Of a stretch of DNA of 64,000 nt, positions 18,353 to 27,245 are shown piece after piece (the first letter of the stretch is position 1; each line of letters starts with the position of its first letter). Below the pieces are notes generated by a model. The model had not been told where the DNA came from. It made no database searches and saw only the letters and a list, made by a program, of their open reading frames with translations. A program made the translations under genes and the position numbers. Origin of the DNA: Bacteriovoracaceae bacterium (GTDB lineage: Bacteria > Bdellovibrionota > Bacteriovoracia > Bacteriovoracales > Bacteriovoracaceae); the NCBI GenBank assembly GCA_018649885.1, contig JABIHA010000011.1:1-64000 (forward strand), written 5' to 3'.

Positions 18353-18951
18353 CATTTAAAGTTAAAGACCATTATTTTAATAAGGCCAAGAAGGATAACT
18401 TCCTCGCAAGAAGTGTTTATAAGCTTGAAGAAATAGACAAGAAATTCTCTATTATTAGTAAAGGCGATAGCATTGTTGATCTGGGCTACCATCCTGGATC
18501 ATGGGTGCAGTACTGCATGCTTAAAGTCGGTGAGAAAGGATCAGTCGTTGGAATTGACATTAAAGAGGTAAATGAAACTCTTGGTGGTAAGCCAAATGTA
18601 TCATTATTTCAAAAAGATATTGATACGGTTGAGAGTATTGCTGATTTAGGACTTTCTGACAAAATTGATGTTCTTCTATCAGATATGGCGCCTAATACTT
18701 CTGGAATCAAATCCCTTGATCAAGATAGAAGCTTAAACTTAGTAGAAAAAGTTTTTGAATTACTTCCCTTGTTTTTAAAAGAAGACGGTAATTTAGTGAT
18801 AAAAGTTTTTGATGGAAATGGAGCACAGAAGTTCTTAAAAGAAAAGAAATCACTCTTTAAGGAATTTCACTTTTTAAGACCTAAATCAACAAGATCTGTG
18901 AGCAAAGAATTTTTTGTCATAGGTAAGAACTTTAGGCATGATAGAGTTTGA
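18349..18951 (+). CDS. rlmE: 23S rRNA Um2552 methyltransferase RlmE/FtsJ
   Basis: ARSVYKLEEID, DLGYHPGSW, SDMAPNTSG, KVF, RPKSTR..SKE. Confidence 0.93.
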   Translation: MTFKVKDHYFNKAKKDNFLARSVYKLEEIDKKFSIISKGDSIVDLGYHPGSWVQYCMLKVGEKGSVVGIDIKEVNETLGGKPNVSLFQKDIDTVESIADLGLSDKIDVLLSDMAPNTSGIKSLDQDRSLNLVEKVFELLPLFLKEDGNLVIKVFDGNGAQKFLKEKKSLFKEFHFLRPKSTRSVSKEFFVIGKNFRHDRV

Positions 18952-20165
18952 TGAAAAAAAATATCTTAACCACATTTGTAGTTATCTTCCTATTTGTAGC
19001 ACCTAATTTACAAATTAAAGGTAATGTATTCTCTTCGGTGAAGTTGTTTGAAAAATACAACAATGAGATAAGTGGCCTGAGGGGTGTTTTATCGAAATTA
19101 TCGTTTTATACGCCAGATATGGGCCGGCCTGATATCCATTTAAATGATGGCAGAAAAGTTTCAATTGATTTTACCTTTGATGAAGATTTGCAAAAGTTTT
19201 CAAATAAAATCTTGAGAAGAAATGGCTCTGACTTTGTTTCAATTGTTGTGATTGATAATAATACGGGTAAAATTCTAACGGTAGCGGAAAAAGATCGCCA
19301 TAACTCTCTTAAAGGCAAATCCATCACCTTTGATAGCTCTCATCCAGCTGCAAGCATAATTAAGGTGATTACTACCGCAAATCTTTTAAAGTTACCCGGA
19401 ATCGATTTAGATTCTTCATTTTCTTATTTTGGTAGATCTACAACTCTTTATAAGCATCAATTGGTTGATAGACCTAATAAAAGTTGGAAAAGATGGAGAA
19501 CACTTAGGAAGGCATTTGCTACTTCTAATAATCCCATTTTTGGTGTTGCGGCCATAAGACAAAGTAATGCTATGGGGCTATATAAGACTGCAGAGTCCTT
19601 TGGCTTTAATGAAAAGGTACTACCTTTTCCTAGCCTAGAGCCCTCTAATTTTGGAATGCCGGTGGATCAGTATCACCTTGCCCAACTCGCTTCAGGACTA
19701 AATAAAGAGACGACCCTGAGCCCTATTCATGGAGCTTTAATAGCTTCAATCATTGCCAATGAAGGTCAGAGAATTACCCCTAGTCTTATTAAGTCTATTA
19801 CTATTGATAAGAAAAAATTCTCTCCCATGAATGGTGCAAGTGAAGAGGTACTTCACTACGATTTGGCCAAAGAGATACACAATGTTATGGAATACACAGT
19901 CAAATACGGAACTCCTAGGAGATCTTTCTTTTCAAAGAAGAAGAGTGTCTTAAGAGATCTCATAATAGGCGGAAAGACTGGGACAATGAGTGGTGGCAAA
20001 CCATTCGGCCAAAGAGATTGGTTTATTGCTTTTGCAAAAAGAGCGAATATGGCTCAGGATGATAAGGGAATTTCAATTTGCGTAATGACCATTAACAGAA
20101 AGCGTTGGTACGTTAAATCTTCAGTTGTCGCCAGAAAAGTAATAGAGTATTACTTTCGAAATTAA
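18948..20165 (+). CDS. Penicillin-binding transpeptidase-domain protein
   Basis: SxxK (ASIIK), SxN (SNN) and KTG (GGKTGT) triad; N-terminal anchor. Confidence 0.88.
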   Translation: MMKKNILTTFVVIFLFVAPNLQIKGNVFSSVKLFEKYNNEISGLRGVLSKLSFYTPDMGRPDIHLNDGRKVSIDFTFDEDLQKFSNKILRRNGSDFVSIVVIDNNTGKILTVAEKDRHNSLKGKSITFDSSHPAASIIKVITTANLLKLPGIDLDSSFSYFGRSTTLYKHQLVDRPNKSWKRWRTLRKAFATSNNPIFGVAAIRQSNAMGLYKTAESFGFNEKVLPFPSLEPSNFGMPVDQYHLAQLASGLNKETTLSPIHGALIASIIANEGQRITPSLIKSITIDKKKFSPMNGASEEVLHYDLAKEIHNVMEYTVKYGTPRRSFFSKKKSVLRDLIIGGKTGTMSGGKPFGQRDWFIAFAKRANMAQDDKGISICVMTINRKRWYVKSSVVARKVIEYYFRN

Positions 20166-20356
20166 TTATAAAAATTGGTATCCGTTCTTACATAATAGAA
20201 AATCAGTTTCATTCTAATCGGATACCTTGGAAAAATGCTCAATCTTTTCTGTGACTAAATTACTTTCATTCCTCATCTTTTTACAATACTGAAGTATAAT
20301 CACTTCTATCCATTTCCTTATACGTTGACTTGCCCGATTGTCACTTGCCCTTGCCC
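20164..20356. repeat. Left arm of ~190-bp inverted repeat
   Basis: Reverse complement of 20697-20886; inner 115 bp (20242-20356 vs 20697-20811) has 3 mismatches. Confidence 0.95.
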
Positions 20357-20379
20357 AAAAAAAGGTACAACCAAGTATT

Positions 20380-20691
20380 TAGGTAACAAATTGTCCCATG
20401 CAATTGGGTAGCACAATCGATCATCCAAAAACTTCCAAAAGGAAGAAGAGAGTTTAAAAATCAATTGCAAAAAGCATCTTTATCTATTGTGCTCAATTTT
20501 GCAGAGAGATATGGCAAATACAGTTTGCGAGATAAGCAAAGATTTTATTAAATTTCAAAAGATAGTGCGCATGAATGTGCTGCTATTTTAGATTGTATGA
20601 ATATATTAAACTGATTGATGAAAGAGATCATTTAGTTGGAAAAAAATTACTTTATGAAATTATCTGTATTTTAGTAAAACTTTGCCAGTAA
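20380..20691 (+). pseudogene. Four-helix-bundle protein (23S rRNA IVP / TIGR02436 / Avd-like) pseudogene
   Basis: IIQKLPKGRREFKNQLQKASLSIVLNFAERYGKYSLRDKQRFY*ISKDSAHECAAILD; in-frame TAA at 20549; frameshift near 20610 into LIDERDHLVGKKLLYEIICILVKLCQ*; start degraded. Confidence 0.85.
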
Positions 20692-20696
20692 TTCTC

Positions 20697-20886
20697 GGGC
20701 AAGGGCAAGTGACAATCGGGCAAGTCAAAGTATAAGGAAATGGATAGAAGTGAATATACTTCAGTATTGTAAAAAGATGAGGAATGATAGTAATTTAGTC
20801 ACAGAAAAGATGTGGCATTTCCAAATTGTCCGATTAGATTAAAACTCATATTCCATTATGTAAGATCGGGTACCGATTTTTACAAC
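20697..20886. repeat. Right arm of ~190-bp inverted repeat
   Basis: Begins GGGCAAGGGCAAGTGACAATCGGGCAAGTC; pairs with 20164-20356. Confidence 0.95.
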
Positions 20887-20903
20887 TTAGCTAAGCGTAA
20901 CCT

Positions 20904-21551
20904 CTAATCAGTTTTTTTATCATCAAATTGTTCATATCCCTCGGGGGCCTCAAAGCCCTCAGGTTTAATCCCACGGTAGAGTAATTTTAAAGTATCTTTA
21001 TAAAATAGATCGTCTAGTTCTTTATCGTCCATATGTAAGGCCTTCGCCATTTCACCTGAAATCAAAGGCCAAAATTCGGTAGTAATCATATAAAGACCTA
21101 TAATCGATATAGGACTAATGCCATCGTAGATCTGACCTGTGGTTTGGCCTAGCTCAATAAAGGCCTTAATTTGTCCCATAAAGAACTCATCAAAAAAATC
21201 CTCTTTTTCTTTGCCTTCAAACATTTCCCAGAATTTGAGCCAGATATAATCTTTCATGTGACTATTTTCGGCAACCTTATTTTCGAACATGGTCTTAAGG
21301 GCCAGCAGAGGATGGGTTAAATCCATTGCTTGGGCCTGTGTCTCTTTGTAATTCTCGTGGAGCCAATCTTTGACTTCAGTCCAAAGATTCTCCTTATTAG
21401 TGAAATGGTGGAAAATCAGCGCCTTTGAGACCCCACAGGACTTGGCCACTTGAGACATAGAGGTCCTTGATAGACCTTGCTTAATAAACAAGATTCTAGC
21501 TCCATCGAGTATTTTTTCCTTAGTACTTAGGGCCCTGTTTTGACTCACCAT
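20904..21551 (-). CDS. TetR/AcrR-family transcriptional regulator
   Basis: KEKILDGARILFIKQG...TSMSQVAKSCGVSKALIFHHFTNKENL HTH; GGAGG RBS. Confidence 0.92.
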   Translation of the reverse strand: MVSQNRALSTKEKILDGARILFIKQGLSRTSMSQVAKSCGVSKALIFHHFTNKENLWTEVKDWLHENYKETQAQAMDLTHPLLALKTMFENKVAENSHMKDYIWLKFWEMFEGKEKEDFFDEFFMGQIKAFIELGQTTGQIYDGISPISIIGLYMITTEFWPLISGEMAKALHMDDKELDDLFYKDTLKLLYRGIKPEGFEAPEGYEQFDDKKTD

Positions 21552-21586
21552 GTAAATCCTCCACGGTTGTTTAATTTAGATTGCAA

Positions 21587-21604
21587 ACTGACCGATCGGT
21601 TAGT
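21587..21604. promoter_or_regulatory. TetR-type palindromic operator
   Basis: ACTGACCGATCGGTTAGT (16/18 self-complementary) between divergent tetR and response-regulator starts. Confidence 0.65.
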
Positions 21605-21638
21605 ATTGTACACCCAGCTTAACACAAGGTCAATAACT

Positions 21639-22307
21639 ATGAAAGTACTAGCACGCACTAATGACAGTCTTTTCAATAACTTATGTGAGTTTTTCGACAC
21701 GAAAGGAGCACGAACAATGCTTCTGCCGGACCTCGCAGATTGGCAGGGTTACCCCCTGGAAAAGTTTGACCTATTGGTCAGCGAATACAATTCAGAAGAT
21801 ACCCGGTTTTGGGAAAAAGTGAGCCAAATCCGGAAAGTATATTCCAAGATCCCTCTTTTTATCCTCCTAGAAAAGGATGATTTGCAGCTCAAGTTAAAAG
21901 CTTTTAGCTTGGGCTGCAATGATGTCCTTGTTATGCCCTTCTCAACAGAAGAGCTCTATGCCAGGATGCGGATCCACCAAAAGATCACAAACCCAGCTAG
22001 ATCTGAGTCGATCAAAATTGGAAACTTTAAATTAGATCTTAATAAGTACCGGGCATTTGATGGTGATTCAGAACTTCACCTTACAAAGACTGAATACTTT
22101 ATATTTGAGTACTTTATGAAAAATCCAAATAAAGTGATTCGTAAAGAAGAGCTTTTAGAAAAAGTACTGGGTTACAAACATTCACCAAAAACCAATATTA
22201 TTGATGTCCATCTCAACCACTTGAGAAAAAAATTAAGATCGGGCGTTGAACAAGGGTTTTTGATTAAAACTATCAGGGGCATAGGTTACACATTTCAAAC
22301 CCCTTAA
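21639..22307 (+). CDS. OmpR/PhoB-family response regulator with degenerate receiver
   Basis: Winged helix LTKTEY...NIIDVHLNHLRKKL...TIRGIGY; receiver lacks canonical acidic pocket; ATG 21639 preferred. Confidence 0.88.
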   Translation: MKVLARTNDSLFNNLCEFFDTKGARTMLLPDLADWQGYPLEKFDLLVSEYNSEDTRFWEKVSQIRKVYSKIPLFILLEKDDLQLKLKAFSLGCNDVLVMPFSTEELYARMRIHQKITNPARSESIKIGNFKLDLNKYRAFDGDSELHLTKTEYFIFEYFMKNPNKVIRKEELLEKVLGYKHSPKTNIIDVHLNHLRKKLRSGVEQGFLIKTIRGIGYTFQTP

Positions 22308-22311
22308 CTAA

Positions 22312-22396
22312 AGAAGATACCCGGCCTTTAGTCCACACACCTGAAGGTCGGTAAGTATATTCCAAGATCCCTCTTTTTATCCTCCTAGAAAAAGAT
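22312..22396 (+). repeat. Direct-repeat copy of internal response-regulator segment 21794-21878
   Basis: 13-bp exact match, 28-bp unrelated segment, then 40-bp exact match (22353-22392 = 21835-21874). Confidence 0.9.
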
Positions 22397-22429
22397 TCCG
22401 TTGTGCCTTTGGCACAGCGGAGTCCTTTT
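22394..22429. terminator. Bidirectional intrinsic terminator
   Basis: GATTCCGTTGTGCC-ttt-GGCACAGCGGAGTC with T/A runs on both sides, between convergent genes. Confidence 0.75.
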
Positions 22430-23351
22430 ATTTTAAATCTAAAACATACCAAGTATCACAACCATGATGACCCGTACTTCCCATAGGCCCAGCAAGACTA
22501 ATAAATCCAAACTTTTCGTAAAGCTTCTTTGCATGGTGCATCCCCTCCAGCGTTTCCAAGTAGCATTTTTCATAACCCAGATCCTGTGCCTCATCAATAC
22601 AGGCCTTAAGTACCTTCTTTCCAAGACCAAGCCCTCTACCCTCAGGATAAAAATACATTTTTTTCAACTCACATATACCTTTGTCAGCACCTTCAAGGGG
22701 ACCAATGCCTCCTCCCCCTAAAATTTGATCATCTTTTTTCGCCACAAAGTAGCACCAACCAGGACTCATATATTGTTCGGCCATATAATCGAGTTCAGGG
22801 TCCATAAAAGCAAAGCCTGGTTTATCTCCACCAAATTCGGGTAAAATATCTCTAACCAGCTGACCTACTTCTTTTCCATCACAGCTTTTAATCTTTGAAA
22901 TGCTAATTCCTATTATATTTCTCGCCCTTTTTATGCCTTTAACGTAAAGAGAGATTCCTTTCAAAATCACTTCTTTATCTGTTTCGCACAATGACTCTAG
23001 GGCCTTTTCTACCATTTCATTTACCTCTGCATCCATTTTAGACAAAAAATTGTCTGCCTTCTTTGTTAACTTAAGGCTTTTTGACCTTCCATCGTGATCG
23101 CAGCTAGATGAAATCACCAATTTTTTCTTAACCAGTAAGCTTACTAATCTACTTGATGATGACTTCTCCAACCTCAATATATCTGAGAGTTGATTCACAT
23201 TAAGTGCTTTATGGGTCCTGAGCGAGATTAGTGCATGACATGCAGAGTGGCCTATTCCCCATCTCTTCGCACCATCAGATAAAAACCCTAGCTCCCTTAT
23301 AAGCTCACGTGAGCTACATCTAATTTTTTGAATAAAGCTGGCATCCATCAC
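22428..23351 (-). CDS. MarR-HTH / GNAT acetyltransferase fusion
   Basis: N-terminal winged HTH (LEKSSSSRLV...DGRSK); C-terminal GNAT (CELKKMYF, RGLGLG, YLET, LYEKFGF). Confidence 0.9.
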   Translation of the reverse strand: MMDASFIQKIRCSSRELIRELGFLSDGAKRWGIGHSACHALISLRTHKALNVNQLSDILRLEKSSSSRLVSLLVKKKLVISSSCDHDGRSKSLKLTKKADNFLSKMDAEVNEMVEKALESLCETDKEVILKGISLYVKGIKRARNIIGISISKIKSCDGKEVGQLVRDILPEFGGDKPGFAFMDPELDYMAEQYMSPGWCYFVAKKDDQILGGGGIGPLEGADKGICELKKMYFYPEGRGLGLGKKVLKACIDEAQDLGYEKCYLETLEGMHHAKKLYEKFGFISLAGPMGSTGHHGCDTWYVLDLK

Positions 23352-23603
23352 GACTTCCTTTCACTTAAATGCATAGTGCATATATATAGTTGTATTCCAC
23401 ATCTATGTATCGAAAAACAAGCTAATTTTAAATTAAATTCATTGAACAGTTAACTATCTATCTATTTGAAATAATAGTCTTTTCAAGGAATTCGAACCCT
23501 GTAACAACGCATCGTGCTAGACTACTAGCATTGTCTTTTTGCGTTGCACGTCGGTCGAAGATACGGAGTCTAATAGCTCTAAAAAGTGGATGAGAGGCCT
23601 TTC

Positions 23604-24698
23604 ATGGCAAAGCTTAGGCATATAAAACAGCTGGTGAAAATCGTCGTCGTTTTAACAATCGTCGGGTGTGCGGGTCCTATGACTCCCTTTGGTGCTTACG
23701 ATATCCCTCAAGATCAGCAAAGTTCAAAATCCCTTAAAAACCAAACTCAAACTTCGAGCATCCCTCCAAGTTATATAAATGTCTATCCTGAGAAATTAAT
23801 CCTTCATAGACCTATAGACTTAAGAGTTGTGGTGAACAATCCTGGTGGAATAGACAGTGAGGCCCAAATAAATATCACTTATAACAAAAAACCGATTCCA
23901 AAAAAATATATCAAAAGATCTAAAAAGCTTATTTCAAAAGATGGCAAAACCCTTAACCTCATTTTCAAGAATATTAGATTTATCCCAGGTAAGTTCAATA
24001 AGCTTGAGGTGAGTTATACTAGAGAGGACGGACAGTCTTTTATGAAGTCTGTTGGGCCCGGCCACTGCTCAATGTACACCGCCCAAGATATAAAACACTG
24101 GGAACACTTTAAAGTACCGGATGAAATAAAAGGACTTATTAAATCGATTTCTAAAAAAGAGAAATATGGCGCCTCATTTCTTGCGGCCCTTATAGCTCAA
24201 GAATCAAGTTTTAATCCTAAGGCCGTCAGCTGGTCTAAGGCCATAGGCCTTACTCAAGTTACCAGCATTGCAGAACAAGAAATCTTTTTTAAAAAGAAAA
24301 TGAGATGGCCTAGGTACTATCGTCTCAATAAATTACCTGTCTACTTTATTAAATCCTATATAAAAATGGGTATCATAAATAACCACAATGAGTGGAGACT
24401 TAACCCCAAGCTCTCAATTGAGGGAGGCATTCGTTTTCTAGACTATCTTAATGGGTACTGGAGCTACAGGAGTAATCGCAAATTACTAGAAAAAACTTTT
24501 AAAAACCATGCCATCCCAAAAGAGCAAATCATACTGGCCAGCTATAACTCTGGTGCTTACAGAGTAAAAAAGGCCATTGAGCTCTACGGAAAAGACTGGG
24601 CCTTAGACCCAAAGTTAGTTGAGGCAAAAAAATACTACCAAAATATTTTAAGTTACTGTTATACATTTGAAAAATCATCGGAGCTCGCATATGAATAA
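23604..24698 (+). CDS. Lipoprotein with lytic transglycosylase (SLT) domain
   Basis: Lipobox IVGC; LIAQESSFNP, AIGLTQV, LASYNSG; start 23586 or 23604. Confidence 0.82.
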   Translation: MAKLRHIKQLVKIVVVLTIVGCAGPMTPFGAYDIPQDQQSSKSLKNQTQTSSIPPSYINVYPEKLILHRPIDLRVVVNNPGGIDSEAQINITYNKKPIPKKYIKRSKKLISKDGKTLNLIFKNIRFIPGKFNKLEVSYTREDGQSFMKSVGPGHCSMYTAQDIKHWEHFKVPDEIKGLIKSISKKEKYGASFLAALIAQESSFNPKAVSWSKAIGLTQVTSIAEQEIFFKKKMRWPRYYRLNKLPVYFIKSYIKMGIINNHNEWRLNPKLSIEGGIRFLDYLNGYWSYRSNRKLLEKTFKNHAIPKEQIILASYNSGAYRVKKAIELYGKDWALDPKLVEAKKYYQNILSYCYTFEKSSELAYE

Positions 24699-25422
24699 AC
24701 GACCCATGCACCTCACTATATTTTCAGTAATTCAATTTGCTATTGCTATCTCTTTTCCGATCCAAATTATGGTGCTTTATCAATATGGGCCTGATAGCGC
24801 TGCTCAGATTTTTAGTAAACTGACCTACCTTAACTGGATCGTGATGTTTCTTTGTACTGCTGTAGGGATTATGAGCTTCCTGGGAGAAAATAAAATATAC
24901 TTCCTCCTCCCCATATCCCTGATTGCCATGTTTACCAATAATTTCTATGTATCCAAATATTCAGAATTCTATAATGACACCCATTTTTATATGGGAAATA
25001 TTCTATTTTTAGTGGCCCACTCCTTACTTCTTGGAAAAGAAGCACTGAGTGTTTTAAAAAATCCTGAAATGCGTTGGTGGAGACATGCCCAGAGACTAAT
25101 GCTCGAAACTCCTGTGATAATAAAAGATCAGCTAGGAAAAATGGCCTATGCTGAATCATTTAATATCAGCCAAAGTGGTATTTTCATCAAAGATAATATT
25201 TCAAAAGAGCAGGACTTTTACTTTAGTAAAGATAACATGTATGAGCTGAACCTCCCTATGGGAAGCGTTTTCAACCAGTTGAGTCTAAAGGCATGTATAG
25301 TTAGGACAACTGGAGGAACAGGTGAGTATCCTCCAGGTTGGGGGATGAGATTTGATAAACTTCAGCTTAGCTCTAAAATAAAACTTTCTCTATTTATGCT
25401 CACAAAGAATTTAAGAAAGTAA
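24691..25422 (+). CDS. Four-TM membrane protein with C-terminal PilZ-like domain
   Basis: RxxxR (RHAQR), NISQSG, GWGMRF; coupled to upstream gene. Confidence 0.78.
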   Translation: MNKRPMHLTIFSVIQFAIAISFPIQIMVLYQYGPDSAAQIFSKLTYLNWIVMFLCTAVGIMSFLGENKIYFLLPISLIAMFTNNFYVSKYSEFYNDTHFYMGNILFLVAHSLLLGKEALSVLKNPEMRWWRHAQRLMLETPVIIKDQLGKMAYAESFNISQSGIFIKDNISKEQDFYFSKDNMYELNLPMGSVFNQLSLKACIVRTTGGTGEYPPGWGMRFDKLQLSSKIKLSLFMLTKNLRK

Positions 25423-25627
25423 TTAAAATGGAACAAATTGTCCTTGGCCGTTTGGTACAATAATAGGCTGAAGTTTTGTTTACTTTGATTAAAATGATAA
25501 ATAATTTTTTCAAGTGACTAGATATTTCTACAAATTCATATAAATTCAATTTGAACAAAAGCGTAATCCCAAAATCGCCAATCGGGCCTTGTAAGCATTG
25601 CTTTCAGGAATTCCCGCTATTATATAT

Positions 25628-25659
25628 GGCCCTATGACTATCATAGGGCCTTTTATTTT
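25628..25659 (+). terminator. Intrinsic terminator
   Basis: GGCCCTATGA-cta-TCATAGGGCC followed by TTTTATTTT. Confidence 0.75.
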
Positions 25660-25721
25660 GCCTAAATTGACTCAATTAGCTATATTTTCTCCCATAAGAA
25701 TCCATTAACAAAAGTTATTTT

Positions 25722-26366
25722 ATGAAATTCGTTCCTAAAGAAATTGAAGAGTATTGCACCAATATAAGCACCACCCCATCTTCTTTGTGTAGTGAGCTCG
25801 CTGACTACACTCGCCAGAATGTGGACCTCTCAGTGATGCTCATAGGCCCTATGGAGGCCTCAGTGCTCACTATGCTGATTCACCAAATCAGACCTAAGAC
25901 CATTATTGAATTTGGCACATTTACAGGTTATTCGGCGCTCGCGATGGCCGAGCAAGTGGAAAGTGATGGCAAAATCTTCACCCTGGATGTCAATGCTGAC
26001 ACTCAAAATCTTGCACAAAGTTTTTGGGACAAATCTCCCCATGGCCATAAGATAGTCCCCATTTGTGGGCAGGCCCTGGAAACAATGGGGCAAATCACAG
26101 CTCCACTCGATCTAGTGTTTATAGATGCAGATAAAACCAACTACAGAAGCTATTTTCAGTATGCTCTAGAAAACCTTTCTCCCAAAGGGGTTATCGTGCT
26201 CGATAATATGCTTTGGAGTGGAAGAGTCCTTGAAGAAGGACAGCTAGATGACAGCACCCTTGCACTCAAAAAATTGGCCCGTGAAATTCAAACTGATGAC
26301 AGGCTTATTAAAACTCTTTTACCCATTCGTGATGGAATGTTAGTGGTTCAGCTAAAAGTTAAGTGA
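25722..26366 (+). CDS. SAM-dependent O-methyltransferase (caffeoyl-CoA OMT-like)
   Basis: EFGTFTGYSAL, FIDADK, DNMLWSG, PIRDG. Confidence 0.9.
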   Translation: MKFVPKEIEEYCTNISTTPSSLCSELADYTRQNVDLSVMLIGPMEASVLTMLIHQIRPKTIIEFGTFTGYSALAMAEQVESDGKIFTLDVNADTQNLAQSFWDKSPHGHKIVPICGQALETMGQITAPLDLVFIDADKTNYRSYFQYALENLSPKGVIVLDNMLWSGRVLEEGQLDDSTLALKKLAREIQTDDRLIKTLLPIRDGMLVVQLKVK

Positions 26367-27185
26367 AACCACTGCCCCTGCCCCTCGATCTAGGTAAATA
26401 GGCTTCATGGCAAATTGATGATCAAAAAGAAATTTATGCCATGGATGACTGTCATGATAGTCATCATTAGCAAGCCTGGTCCCTTCACTGGCCAAAGCCG
26501 CTAAAAAAATCGTTCCTATAACATCAGATGGCCAATGCTGCCTACTTCCCACTCTTTGTTTATAACCAGCGTAAACCCCAACTGCCGGAAGAAGTGCTGG
26601 GAAAAATCCGTAGAATTGAAAGGTCTTAAAAGTCAGTGTGGTCAGGGCAGCCACATGACCAGAAGGCCAGGAAGAGTCAGACCTAAAATTGGTTTCCCAT
26701 TTAGATAGGTTGCCCTTTTGAGGTCTTTCGTGAATATCAATAAAACTTAAAATCAGGGATTCAATCATCACTTGGCCATTGGCCGCAAGGGATTCAATGG
26801 CAAAGTTTTTAAGCTTTTTATCTTTTATAAAATAGGAAATGCCGTAGCTAGCGAGAGGGACAATTCCAAAATTTAATGTATTGGTGATATCGTACCCCAC
26901 GGTCCTGGTCACTGGGTCGGGATACTCTTCTTTGTCGAGTAATTTGCTGTCACTTTCAAAAATAGGCCACAACACAAGTGCTCCCACGCCAGCTGTGACC
27001 AGTGTTGCAGGAGTGGTGAATTGCAAATACATCCCCTTGCTCATAATTTTTAAAGTAGTGACAAAATCTTTAAAGGGAGTGTGATGAAGCTGCTCAGGAA
27101 CCTGAGTTTCTTGAACCTCGGTAGCTGCAAAGGACAGGTTTATGGCAGCAAATGAAAAAATAAGGACAATGGTAGTTTTTTTCAT
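26352..27185 (-). CDS. PAP2-family phosphatase
   Basis: RP, SWPSGH and R-x4-QHWPSDV motifs; signal peptide. Confidence 0.85.
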   Translation of the reverse strand: MKKTTIVLIFSFAAINLSFAATEVQETQVPEQLHHTPFKDFVTTLKIMSKGMYLQFTTPATLVTAGVGALVLWPIFESDSKLLDKEEYPDPVTRTVGYDITNTLNFGIVPLASYGISYFIKDKKLKNFAIESLAANGQVMIESLILSFIDIHERPQKGNLSKWETNFRSDSSWPSGHVAALTTLTFKTFQFYGFFPALLPAVGVYAGYKQRVGSRQHWPSDVIGTIFLAALASEGTRLANDDYHDSHPWHKFLFDHQFAMKPIYLDRGAGAVVSLNF

Positions 27186-27186
27186 A

Positions 27187-27218
27187 AAAAAAAAGGGTCC
27201 ATAAAATGGACCCCCTAT
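27187..27218 (-). terminator. Intrinsic terminator of rpsD
   Basis: Minus strand GGGTCCAT-ttt-ATGGACCC followed by a long T run. Confidence 0.8.
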
Positions 27219-27245
27219 TATTAATTCTTTTAAGAGCGATTTTTA

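Noticed and set aside
20380..22396. Diversity-generating retroelement (Avd-like gene plus TR/VR-like repeat)
   Set aside because: Differences between the repeat copies are not adenine-specific on either strand, and no reverse transcriptase is present in the window.
23486..23500. tRNA T-arm-like GGTTCGAATTCC on the minus strand
   Set aside because: No acceptor, D or anticodon stems could be built around it.
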